From Candidatus Uhrbacteria bacterium CG10_big_fil_rev_8_21_14_0_10_48_16 (GTDB lineage Bacteria; Patescibacteriota; Patescibacteriia; UBA9934; GWF2-40-263): a DNA stretch of 60,675 bases. A model generated the notes under the pieces. The model saw only the letters and a program-made list of their open reading frames with translations. It was not told the origin of the DNA and made no database searches. The position numbers and the translations under genes were made by a program. The stretch spans positions 73,952 to 134,626 of the forward strand of contig PFEU01000008.1 in NCBI GenBank assembly GCA_002793515.1. The letters are read 5' to 3'. Of the stretch, positions 37,454-46,833 are shown one piece after another. Within the stretch, counting starts at the first letter, position 1; each line of letters starts with the position of its first letter.

Positions 37454-38124
37454 TCGAAATTGTTCCGGCCTTTTTGGTCAAAAGTGAAAAAGAGTTTGAA
37501 CGGAATCTGCGTTTGGTTGAGAACGACTGTCGGTTAATCCAAGTGGATGTCCTTGATGGAAGCCTATTTCCAAATACCTGTTGGTACGACGCAGAACGCA
37601 TCGGTGCGCTTAAGACGAACGTCGAAATGGAACTACACCTGATGGTCGAGAACCCGATTCCCATCATCGAAGCGTGGAAAAAGTATGTTCCCACCTTCAC
37701 GCGTGCCATTGTGCACACAGAAATGCATCGACCGTCTGGAGTCATAACAGGATATATCAAAGATGAACTTAAACTCGAAACTGGGATTGCCCTAAATCCA
37801 GAATCCCCTCTTTCAGAAGTCGAAGAAGTGCTCCATTCCGTCAACCAACTGACGATCATGAGTGTTCACCCAGGTTACCAAGGGCAAACCTTCGGAGACC
37901 CAAAGCATGTCGGGGATGCCCATTTCATCTTTGAAAAAATTCGTTCCTCACGCGCCCACCAACCCGATCTCCTGATCGAAGTCGACGGGGGCATTACCCA
38001 GGATCTCATAGAACCAATCGTCCGTGCTGGTGCCAATCGTCTCTGCATCGGTTCTGCCATCTTCAAAACAGACGACCCAACTGCGACACTCAAATCACTC
38101 AACACTCTAATCGCCTCATTATGA
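37450..38124 (+). CDS. rpe: Ribulose-phosphate 3-epimerase
   Basis: QVDVLDG, ELHLMV, MSVHPGYQGQ, EVDGGI, IGSAIF. Confidence 0.93.
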   Translation: MIEIVPAFLVKSEKEFERNLRLVENDCRLIQVDVLDGSLFPNTCWYDAERIGALKTNVEMELHLMVENPIPIIEAWKKYVPTFTRAIVHTEMHRPSGVITGYIKDELKLETGIALNPESPLSEVEEVLHSVNQLTIMSVHPGYQGQTFGDPKHVGDAHFIFEKIRSSRAHQPDLLIEVDGGITQDLIEPIVRAGANRLCIGSAIFKTDDPTATLKSLNTLIASL

Positions 38125-38915
38125 CCCGACCATTCTTGCCTCTGCTGGCCCTTCTCCTCTTTGTTATTCCATTCTCCCCTGCGCACGCAGAAACGCTTAC
38201 TTCTGAAGATACTCTTCAGTCAGGAGACCTTATTCGCGGAGAATCCTTTGCATCCGTCTATTACCTTGGAGAAGATGGATTTCGATACGTCTTCCCAAAT
38301 GAACAAACGTACTTCACTTGGTACACAGATTATTCAGAAGTTCGCATCATTTCTGATGAAGCTCTCTCTCACATCCAGATTGGCGGGAATATCACCTACA
38401 AGCCTGGAGTAAAAATGGTGAAATTTCCTTCTGACCCAACCGTATATGCCGTCTCAGCTGGAGGAACGCTCAATCCAATTGTTTCTGAAGATATCGCTCG
38501 TGAACTCTATGGAGCCAACTGGAACGAATATATCGATGATCTTTCAGAAAGCCTCCTAAACACCTACACCATTGGCACACCCATTGAGCTCGCCTCACAA
38601 TTCGACCCAACCACAGAGCAAGCACAGTCTTACTCCATCAATTCAGACAAACAACTCAACGCCTACACCTTGATCGAGATTACAGACGAGGGTTATGACA
38701 GCGCAACGATTACCCTTCAATCTGGCAACACCGTTCGCTGGCTCAACACCTCCTCTGAAACAAAAACAGCCACAGAATGGGACCGTGTCTGGGGATCCGG
38801 AACACTCAACCCATCAGAACATTACACCCGCATGTTCACACTCCCGGGAGTATGGCATTACTACGCGATGGGAGCAGATCGCAATATATTTGAAGGAGCA
38901 ATCATTGTTCAATAG
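38121..38915 (+). CDS. Secreted protein: CPR-type repeat domain plus cupredoxin-like domain lacking copper ligands
   Basis: Signal peptide; paralogous to 38994-39809; C-terminal G.L.P.E.Y...F..PG.W.Y beta pattern without His/Cys/His/Met. Confidence 0.75.
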   Translation: MTRPFLPLLALLLFVIPFSPAHAETLTSEDTLQSGDLIRGESFASVYYLGEDGFRYVFPNEQTYFTWYTDYSEVRIISDEALSHIQIGGNITYKPGVKMVKFPSDPTVYAVSAGGTLNPIVSEDIARELYGANWNEYIDDLSESLLNTYTIGTPIELASQFDPTTEQAQSYSINSDKQLNAYTLIEITDEGYDSATITLQSGNTVRWLNTSSETKTATEWDRVWGSGTLNPSEHYTRMFTLPGVWHYYAMGADRNIFEGAIIVQ

Positions 38916-38993
38916 CTGGGGAAAAATGGACTTCAGATCGAGTCTGCCCTGTGGTATACTTCTCTCGTTCACCTTTAACAACTGCAAAATCGT

Positions 38994-39809
38994 ATGACAA
39001 AAACATCTACTCTTTTGTCAGCAATCGGACTCGCGACAGCGATTGGGCTTACGCTCACGCTTGCAAGCATCGTCCCTTCTGCTGGCGCCCAAAGCCTTGT
39101 AGATCTTGAAGATATTGAGGCGGGAGACCTTATCCGAGGAGAATCTTACAGCGCCGTCTATTACTATGGGCTCGACGGATTTCGCTACGTCTTTCCAAAC
39201 GACAAAACCTACTTTACTTGGTACGAGAACTTCGACGACGTAAAGTGGATTTCAGACAGTAACCTCTCTGATATTCAGATCGGAGGAAACGTCACCTACA
39301 AACCAGGATCAAGAATGATCAAGATCAATTCTGACCCAACGGTTTACGTCGTTGCTGCAGGAGGAGAAATTCTCGGAATTCCTTCAGAAGCGATCGCCTC
39401 AGAGCTCTATGGAGCATCTTGGAACACAGAGATTGATGACGTTCCAGATGGATTCTTCTCAAACTACACCATGGGATCAGAACTCGAATTTGCTTCACAG
39501 TACAGTGCGTCATCTGAGTCTGCGAGTGCCTACTCAATCGATTCAGATAAGGGATTGCAAACATACATTACGATCAGCGTGACGGATGGAGCGTATGACC
39601 CAAGTGAGCAAACACTCGAAGCAGGACGTGCCATTCGTTTCGTGAATGACGGTTCAACCAAGCACACCGCGAGTGCAGATGATGGTTCATGGGGAACAGG
39701 AACGATGAATCCTGGAGAAACCTTCTCACGGTACTTTGATGAGGAAGGAGAATATAACTTCCACTGTGCGTATCACTCAGACATGACAGGAACACTCATT
39801 GTTGAATAG
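38994..39809 (+). CDS. Secreted protein: CPR-type repeat domain plus plastocyanin-like cupredoxin domain
   Basis: KHTAS...FHCAYHSDM type-1 copper ligands H, C, H, M. Confidence 0.82.
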   Translation: MTKTSTLLSAIGLATAIGLTLTLASIVPSAGAQSLVDLEDIEAGDLIRGESYSAVYYYGLDGFRYVFPNDKTYFTWYENFDDVKWISDSNLSDIQIGGNVTYKPGSRMIKINSDPTVYVVAAGGEILGIPSEAIASELYGASWNTEIDDVPDGFFSNYTMGSELEFASQYSASSESASAYSIDSDKGLQTYITISVTDGAYDPSEQTLEAGRAIRFVNDGSTKHTASADDGSWGTGTMNPGETFSRYFDEEGEYNFHCAYHSDMTGTLIVE

Positions 39810-39862
39810 AAGCAAAACCGGAGCGTGTGCTCCGGTTTTTTGTTTGCTACAATAGATACACT

Positions 39863-40762
39863 ATGACAAATCTCACTCTGGGTCCTAAAGTTCGTCTTCC
39901 TTTGCATCTCCACGACAAGAAACTAAGGACGCTTGAAAAAAAGGCTTTCGAAATTCGAGAGGATCTTATCGACATGCTTGTCGAGGCTGGATCAGGACAT
40001 TCGGCGGGGCCACTCGGGATGGCCGATATCTTTACGGCTCTCTATTTCCACATCCTTGTTCAAAACCCAAAAAAGCCAGATTGGAAAGATCGCGATCGTC
40101 TCATCCTTTCAAACGGTCATATCTGCCCTATTCGATACGTGGCCATGGCTCATGCCGGATACTTCCCAAAAAAGGAACTCATGACGCTCAGAAAATTCGG
40201 ATCCCGTCTCCAAGGACATCCTGAACGCGAATTTCTCCCGAGTCTTGAAACCACCTCCGGTCCATTAGGAGAAGGGGTTGCCCAGGCTGTCGGAATGGCG
40301 TACGCGGGACTCATGGACCAAAGCCCTTGGCGCGTGTATTGCATCATGGGAGACGGAGAACTGGATGAAGGAATTGTTTGGGAGGCTCTCCAGTTTGCGG
40401 GAAACCATAAGCTCTACAATCTCACATTCATTCTTGATCGAAATAATATCCAAATCGATGGAGCAACAGAGACGATTTCTCCCCTTGAACCCCTCGCAGA
40501 TAAGTTCGAAGCATTTAACCTGAACGTGATCCGATGTGCCGGAAACAGCATTCGAGACTTTGTCACCGCCGTTGAACACGCACACGGTGTCAGTGAAAAA
40601 ACCACAGTAATCATCGCAGATACCATTCCAGGGTATGGGATCGACTTCATGGAGTATAACTTCGCATGGCACGGCATCCCTCCCGCAAAAGGAGTCCAAG
40701 CAAATGATGCCATTAATCAATTACGCACCCTCGCTGGGCGCATACGTAGCGAACACGAATAA
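39863..40762 (+). CDS. tkt: Transketolase, N-terminal (TPP-binding) subunit
   Basis: GSGHSAG, DRLILSNGH, LQGHP, SGPLGEG, GDGELDEG, DRNNIQIDG. Confidence 0.93.
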   Translation: MTNLTLGPKVRLPLHLHDKKLRTLEKKAFEIREDLIDMLVEAGSGHSAGPLGMADIFTALYFHILVQNPKKPDWKDRDRLILSNGHICPIRYVAMAHAGYFPKKELMTLRKFGSRLQGHPEREFLPSLETTSGPLGEGVAQAVGMAYAGLMDQSPWRVYCIMGDGELDEGIVWEALQFAGNHKLYNLTFILDRNNIQIDGATETISPLEPLADKFEAFNLNVIRCAGNSIRDFVTAVEHAHGVSEKTTVIIADTIPGYGIDFMEYNFAWHGIPPAKGVQANDAINQLRTLAGRIRSEHE

Positions 40763-40763
40763 T

Positions 40764-41690
40764 ATGAAACTCGCATCAACTCTCACATGGATCACCAGAG
40801 GCTTTGCGCTCATTGGACTCATCGCCATCGTTGGCTATGTCAGTCAAAACCTCTTTTACTCGTACACCACCTCAACAAGCACCTCCTCATTCGGGGGCTA
40901 CCCAGAGATGGCGGTCATGGAACTACAAATGAATGAGGACGAAGTGAGTATCCGCTCATCCGCACCGAACACCCTTCTTTACGATGAAGCGATCGCTGCC
41001 GAAGTTGACCAAAAAATTATCAAAACAGGAACCCTTGATCTTGTCATCGATCAGGCTGAGGAAAGCATCTTGTCCATCACGACCCTCACGGAAGGACAAG
41101 GAGGGTATGTGCAAAGTAGCTCTCTTCGGGAACACGAAGATGGAACAAAGTCTGGGTACATCATCGTTCGCGTCCCAGCCGACACCTTTGAAAGCTCCCT
41201 CGAAGAACTCAAAGCGATGGCTCTTGTGGTCGAGCGCGAGACTACCAGTGCAGAAGACGTAACAGAAAATTACATTGACCTCTCTGCCCGCCTCAAAAAT
41301 GCCCAAGTCCAAGAAGCCCGATATGTCGAAATTCTCGATATTGCGACAACGGTTGAAGAAATTCTCCAAATCGAGCAGGCACTTGGGAACATCCGTGGCT
41401 ACATTGAATCTCTCACAGGACAACTCCAGTACCTTGATAGCCTCACCGGATTCTCTACCATCACCATCAATCTCTCTGAAGAACCTGTCCTTACGATCGG
41501 AGGAAAAGAATTCCGTCCTGGTACAACCGTCAAAGAAGCCGCTCAAGCGGTTGTCGCGATTGCACAATGGTTGGTCATAGCAATCATCTGGATCGTCATC
41601 ATTGGTATCGGTATCGGTATTCCTCTGTCTCTTCTTGGGTGGCTTGGCTGGAAATTGGTTAGAAGCATTCGTCAACGTATGAACCGTTAG
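40764..41690 (+). CDS. DUF4349-type membrane protein
   Basis: IIKTGTLDL, GGYVQSS, IVRVPA, EDVTENYIDL, LDSLTGFSTITI, C-terminal TM. Confidence 0.82.
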   Translation: MKLASTLTWITRGFALIGLIAIVGYVSQNLFYSYTTSTSTSSFGGYPEMAVMELQMNEDEVSIRSSAPNTLLYDEAIAAEVDQKIIKTGTLDLVIDQAEESILSITTLTEGQGGYVQSSSLREHEDGTKSGYIIVRVPADTFESSLEELKAMALVVERETTSAEDVTENYIDLSARLKNAQVQEARYVEILDIATTVEEILQIEQALGNIRGYIESLTGQLQYLDSLTGFSTITINLSEEPVLTIGGKEFRPGTTVKEAAQAVVAIAQWLVIAIIWIVIIGIGIGIPLSLLGWLGWKLVRSIRQRMNR

Positions 41691-41693
41691 CCT

Positions 41694-42866
41694 ATGGCAA
41701 AGATCACCAAAAAAACGGGAATCAACCGCGAAGCGTGGCTTGTCCGACATCTATTTGATGAAAAAAAGCTCAAACAGATCCCTACCCGCAATGGCTATGG
41801 AGATGGTCTTGTTGAAGCGGGAAAAAAGAATAAGAACGTGGTTGTGCTCTGTTGCGACCTCACAGAATCAACCCGGTCTGACGAATTTAAAAAAGCCTTT
41901 CCAGACCGCTTTATCCAATTAGGTGTGACCGAACAAGCCATGGCATCCATGGCAGCTGGGCTCTCACTCGTTGGAAAAGTTCCGTTTATTTCAAGCTATG
42001 CGGCATTCTCTCCAGGCCGTAACTGGGAACAAGTTAAAACGAACATTGCCATACAGCGATCCAACGTAAAAATTGCCGGTGCACATGCGGGACTCTCTGT
42101 TGGCCCCGACGGAGCGACACATCAAATGCTTGAAGACATCGCCATTATGCGAGCCGTTCCTCACATGACGGTTGTTGCTCCTTGCGACTATGAAGAAACC
42201 CGAAAAGCCACACTTGCAGGAGCCGTCTTCAAAGGACCTTTCTACTTCCGATTTGCCCGCGCTTCCTCCCCGGCTTTCACGACAGCAAAAACCCCATTCA
42301 AAATCGGTCGAGCAGAACTCTACCGCCATGGCGATGATCTCACCATGATTGCATCCGGTCCCCTCGTCTACGAAGCGCTCCTCGCTGCTGAACGGTTAAG
42401 CCAAGATCATGGCATTGAAGCCCGTGTTATTAATTGCCACACCATCAAACCTCTCGACGAAAAAATGATCGTGAAATGTGCAAAAGAAACAGGAGCAATC
42501 GTAACCATCGAAGAAGCTCAGGTTACTGGCGGACTTGCGGGAGCCGTCTGTGAGACGCTGGCACTCACCGTTCCCGTCCCGGTTGAACGCATTGGAGCCC
42601 AAGATCGTTTTGGAGAAAGTGGCGAACCGCGCGAAGTTCAAGATGGACTAGGCGTTACCGCTCCATTCATCGCTCTCGCCGCTGACCGCGTCTTGCAACG
42701 CAAACTTGGAAATAGGGTTCCTCCCATTCCCGCCCATATTCTCTCTGCACAAAACGACCTCGCCCTTATTCAAAAAGAAGTTCTCGCAGAGTCTCTCGCA
42801 CGAGCCCCGAAAAAATGGGGAGGAACAAAACCAAATAACACGCTTAAGTCCAGAAAGAACTCGTGA
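41694..42866 (+). CDS. tkt: Transketolase, C-terminal subunit
   Basis: PTRNGYG, DLTEST, GVTEQ, GPDGATHQ, PFYFRFAR, TIKPLD. Confidence 0.93.
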   Translation: MAKITKKTGINREAWLVRHLFDEKKLKQIPTRNGYGDGLVEAGKKNKNVVVLCCDLTESTRSDEFKKAFPDRFIQLGVTEQAMASMAAGLSLVGKVPFISSYAAFSPGRNWEQVKTNIAIQRSNVKIAGAHAGLSVGPDGATHQMLEDIAIMRAVPHMTVVAPCDYEETRKATLAGAVFKGPFYFRFARASSPAFTTAKTPFKIGRAELYRHGDDLTMIASGPLVYEALLAAERLSQDHGIEARVINCHTIKPLDEKMIVKCAKETGAIVTIEEAQVTGGLAGAVCETLALTVPVPVERIGAQDRFGESGEPREVQDGLGVTAPFIALAADRVLQRKLGNRVPPIPAHILSAQNDLALIQKEVLAESLARAPKKWGGTKPNNTLKSRKNS

Positions 42867-42867
42867 T

Positions 42868-43323
42868 ATGTCCGATTGTATCTTCTGTAAAATCGTTGCG
42901 GGTGAACTCCCGTGCCACAATGTATGGGAAGATGAACAGCATCTTGCGTTCCTCTCAATCTTTCCAAACACACCTGGGGTTACGGTCGTTATTCCAAAGC
43001 AACATCACGCAAGTTACTTCTTTGCTCTTCCCCAAGACGTACAGCAGAATCTCATGCACGCGACGGGGATCGTTGCCAAAAAAATCGACTCTGCTTTTCC
43101 GGACGTTGGTCGTACAGGCCTCGTATTTGAAGGGTTTGGTGTCGATCATGTCCATGCAAAACTCTTCCCTCTTCACGGCACAGCGCGCGAGGAGTGGAAA
43201 CAACACATCTCAAAGATCAACACGTACTTTGATCAGTATCTAGGCTATATTTCCTCACACGACTCAGATCGAGCAGATGATGAAGTCCTGGCCGAAATCG
43301 CAAAAAAAATCCAGAACCAATAA
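42868..43323 (+). CDS. HIT-family nucleotide hydrolase
   Basis: CIFCKIVAGELP, PGVTVVIPKQH, VDHVHAKLFP. Confidence 0.9.
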   Translation: MSDCIFCKIVAGELPCHNVWEDEQHLAFLSIFPNTPGVTVVIPKQHHASYFFALPQDVQQNLMHATGIVAKKIDSAFPDVGRTGLVFEGFGVDHVHAKLFPLHGTAREEWKQHISKINTYFDQYLGYISSHDSDRADDEVLAEIAKKIQNQ

Positions 43324-43361
43324 AGAGCCTTACACGCTCTTTTTTGTTATACTAGTCTGGT

Positions 43362-44333
43362 ATGTATGACATTATTACCGTAGGAGACATAAAACTCGAT
43401 ACCTTTGTTGTTCTCGATGACAACAATGGCCAAATTGAACTCAAAATGCCTGAGGCAAAGCTTTGCATGGACTACGGAGCGAAGATTGGGATAAAAATCG
43501 TCGATTCACAAATGGCAGGCTCAGCTCCAAACGTCGCCGTTGGACTTGCTCGCATGAAGCAAAAAACTGCCGTTCTCTCTTATATGGGAGTAGATACCAC
43601 TCGCACACTTGCGATGGAGGTATTTAAAAATGAAGGGGTTGGAACGGAATTTATTCAAACACTTCCCGATCACCAAAGTTCCTACTCTGTCGTCTTAAAC
43701 TATAAAAGTGAAAAAACGATCCTTACCGGACACATCGAGCATGAATACAAACTCCCCGATGCCTTTCCTAACCCAAAATGGCTTTTCGTATCAGAAATGG
43801 GATATGGCTATGAACAGCTTTACAAAGACATCGTTGAATACTCGAAAAAAGATGGAGTAAAAATCGCCATGAATCCAGGAAGTATTCAAATTCATGAGCT
43901 TAAACAAGAACTCTACGATCTCATTGGCGTTTGCTATGTCCTCTTTGTAAACAGAGAGGAAGCTCAAATTATCACCAAGCTCGATACACCTGAAATCCAT
44001 AAACTTTCAGGAGCGCTCTATGAAATGGGACCAAAACATGTGGTGATTACCGATGGGAAAAATGGAGCCTACGAATTTGGGGGGCATGAGCTTCGTTTCT
44101 GTCCTATTTTTCCAGGTAAGCCCTTAGAAGCCACGGGGGCAGGAGACTCTTTTGCCACCGGGTATCTTGGAGCCCTCATGCATGGAGAAGCGTGTAGTGA
44201 AGGTCTTCGTTGGGGAGCCGTAAATGCCGCTTCCGTCGTCGCATTTGTCGGGCCTCAAAAAGGACTTCTTACGGTAGAAGAAATCAAAAAACGTCTCATG
44301 GCGCATCCTGAATACACCATCGAAAATCTCTAA
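43362..44333 (+). CDS. PfkB-family carbohydrate kinase
   Basis: GSAPNVAVGLAR, LFVNREE, ITDGKNGA, ATGAGDSF. Confidence 0.92.
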   Translation: MYDIITVGDIKLDTFVVLDDNNGQIELKMPEAKLCMDYGAKIGIKIVDSQMAGSAPNVAVGLARMKQKTAVLSYMGVDTTRTLAMEVFKNEGVGTEFIQTLPDHQSSYSVVLNYKSEKTILTGHIEHEYKLPDAFPNPKWLFVSEMGYGYEQLYKDIVEYSKKDGVKIAMNPGSIQIHELKQELYDLIGVCYVLFVNREEAQIITKLDTPEIHKLSGALYEMGPKHVVITDGKNGAYEFGGHELRFCPIFPGKPLEATGAGDSFATGYLGALMHGEACSEGLRWGAVNAASVVAFVGPQKGLLTVEEIKKRLMAHPEYTIENL

Positions 44334-44342
44334 TCGGCATCT

Positions 44343-45266
44343 ATGCTTACAACACTTACCTCAGTTCTCAAACACGCCGAGAAGCATCGATATGCAGTTG
44401 GAGCGTTTAACATAAACAACCTTGAAACCCTGCAAGCCATCATGGATGCAGCCGAGGCAGAGCACTCACCGGTCATTTTATCGACAAGCGAAGGAGCCAT
44501 TGACTATGCCGGCATGGATGAACTTGCTGCCCTTGCGCATATCGCTGCAAAGAAGACGAAACTTCCCGTTGTCTTTCATCTCGATCATGGGAAGAATTAT
44601 GATCTCGTCGTAAAAGCAATCAAAAGCGGGTGGTACACGAGTGTGATGTACGACGGCTCTTCCCTGCCGTTGAAAGAAAACATCCGTCGCACGAAAAAAA
44701 TCGTCGAGATGGCACACAAGAAAAAAATCAGTGTCGAAGCAGAACTGGGAGCAATCGCCGGCATCGAGGACTTTATTTCCGTCGAGGAGCGCGACGCGCA
44801 CCTCACCGATCCGGAGCAGGCTCGCGAGTTCGTCGCCTCAACCGGATGTGATGCTCTCGCCGTGGCTGTAGGCACCAAGCATGGCGCTTACAAATTCAAA
44901 GGCGAATCCAAACTCGACTACGGACGACTGAAACGCATCGCCGAGGCCGTCGATGTCCCCCTCGTCCTCCACGGCGCCTCAGGCATCCCGGCCAACATCA
45001 AACGTATCTGCACGCAATACGGCTGTGAAATATCAGCGGCCAAGGGTGTAAGCGACGCGGCCGTCAAAAAGGCAGTAACACTTGGCGTGCGCAAAGTGAA
45101 CGTGGATACAGATTTGCGCCTCGCCTTCGATGCTGGTATTCGTAAATTCCTGAAAGAACGTCCCGAAGTCATCGACCCGCGTGAGATTCTTAAACCTGCC
45201 AAAGAGTTGATGACGAAGGTAGTGAGGCACAAGATGAAAACACTGGGAAGTAGCGGAAAAGGCTAA
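44343..45266 (+). CDS. fba: Class II fructose-bisphosphate aldolase
   Basis: AVGAFNINN, HLDHG, SVMYDGS, EAELG, GTKHG, LVLHGASG, KVNVDTD. Confidence 0.95.
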   Translation: MLTTLTSVLKHAEKHRYAVGAFNINNLETLQAIMDAAEAEHSPVILSTSEGAIDYAGMDELAALAHIAAKKTKLPVVFHLDHGKNYDLVVKAIKSGWYTSVMYDGSSLPLKENIRRTKKIVEMAHKKKISVEAELGAIAGIEDFISVEERDAHLTDPEQAREFVASTGCDALAVAVGTKHGAYKFKGESKLDYGRLKRIAEAVDVPLVLHGASGIPANIKRICTQYGCEISAAKGVSDAAVKKAVTLGVRKVNVDTDLRLAFDAGIRKFLKERPEVIDPREILKPAKELMTKVVRHKMKTLGSSGKG

Positions 45267-45310
45267 AAAAGAAAAATCCACCGGCCGAGAGGCTGGTGGT
45301 TTCGTTTCCG

Positions 45311-46669
45311 CTACAGCGGGTAGCGAATGATGTACATCGTCCCGTTCACGAAGTGCCAGGAGAGGATCCCTTCCTCCGTGTAGACGAGGCGCTCGAACGG
45401 GGTGTAGAGCGGGTACGTGGCGAGCGGACCCACGTACCGGACGTCGTTGGTCTCGACGAGCCACTCCTCAAGATCCTCAACACGCACGACGCGGATGGAC
45501 TCGCTCCCGCACTCGCTGATCTCAAAGACCAGGTGATCGCCCCAGCGACGAAGGCTCCGGATCTCATCTGCCTGAAAGGCGTGGAGCAATCCCGGAACAC
45601 TGTCCCAATTCTCGTGGATGACCAGCAGGGCGTGGGAACCGTCATACTTGATCACACGAACGACCAGACCACTGGGAATCTCGACGATCTCGCTGAACTC
45701 CCTCACACCAAGAAGCGAAATCAGCATGTTGGTGTTGACGTCGTGCAATACCCACCCCAAATCCACACAACCATCCTGGATCAGGATCCGACCACTAGGG
45801 AGGCAGTAGATCTTACCGGATTGGTCGTCGTAGTCGAGCGACTTCTTGCTCCGGGTGCTTTCGAGAAACGCTCCGCTCCTTTCCTGGCCCATCGTCCGCA
45901 ACTGATTCCAGCCCACGAAGCTGAACTCGTCGTTGCGGAGCATGACCGAATCCACGATGATCTCATCGTACCAGTCACTGTCCCAGTGATGATCGCCGTT
46001 CAAGTCGACCAGACTCACCGACTTCTGCCCCTCACGAATCCGCAGAGTGGCAATACGGTCGCCGAACGTTCCGAGGATCTTGATCTGATTGCCGTCAGCT
46101 AGACTCTTGCTAGGCATCTTGTGACCATCAACATGCACTTTTCGCTTCCACTGAGCCTTCTGCCCATTTTCTCGTGGAGAAACCACGAAGCAAGACGGCT
46201 GGTTGTCGTCAGCGAAATAGCAGTGGATCGCCGACACGCCTTTGTCGGGCACATCGAACTTCCAATCGTCCCAGAACACGCGCGTGATCCCACCCTTGGG
46301 CGTCACTGTGAAGGCGACCTTCTCACTCTCTTCTGGGTAGTGGAGGTGATCGACGTAGAAGTTTGAAGCCGTACCGTCCACCACGTAGGTGGTCCATCGA
46401 CGATCGACGACCGTGAACTCAACGAGTTCCTTGTCACCATCAGGCTCGATGCCCAGCACCGCGATCTTGCCCTCGGGCGAGATGGCGACCTGCGCGACCT
46501 GCGCCCAGGGCGTCTCGGTCATGAGGGCGACGTAGGGCGGGAGGGGCGGGAGCTTGCCCAGGAGCGTGAGGCGAGAGGCCTCAGCGCGCTCGGTAGGCGT
46601 GCCGTTGTGGCGAGCGTCGAGCACGGCGTGGCCAAGCTCGGTGAAGACATCCGTCTTCTTACGGGACAT
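45311..46669 (-). CDS. Hypothetical protein, probable beta-propeller; GC-rich insertion
   Basis: SD AAGGAG, promoter TTGACT-N17-TAAAAT; beta-rich repeats such as VAISPEGKIAV. Confidence 0.75.
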   Translation of the reverse strand: MSRKKTDVFTELGHAVLDARHNGTPTERAEASRLTLLGKLPPLPPYVALMTETPWAQVAQVAISPEGKIAVLGIEPDGDKELVEFTVVDRRWTTYVVDGTASNFYVDHLHYPEESEKVAFTVTPKGGITRVFWDDWKFDVPDKGVSAIHCYFADDNQPSCFVVSPRENGQKAQWKRKVHVDGHKMPSKSLADGNQIKILGTFGDRIATLRIREGQKSVSLVDLNGDHHWDSDWYDEIIVDSVMLRNDEFSFVGWNQLRTMGQERSGAFLESTRSKKSLDYDDQSGKIYCLPSGRILIQDGCVDLGWVLHDVNTNMLISLLGVREFSEIVEIPSGLVVRVIKYDGSHALLVIHENWDSVPGLLHAFQADEIRSLRRWGDHLVFEISECGSESIRVVRVEDLEEWLVETNDVRYVGPLATYPLYTPFERLVYTEEGILSWHFVNGTMYIIRYPL

Positions 46670-46833
46670 GGTTCTCTCCTTGATCTTGGACAGAAGGGTG
46701 AGATAGACCCCCAAGTTTCCCCGGGCAGTCACAGAGCCTTCCTCTAAGATCATTGGGTGTCGCGGAATGCGACGGTATTATTTAGCCTTTTTTGGTAGAA
46801 AAGTCAAGGATTGAATGGTACAATGTGATCAAT

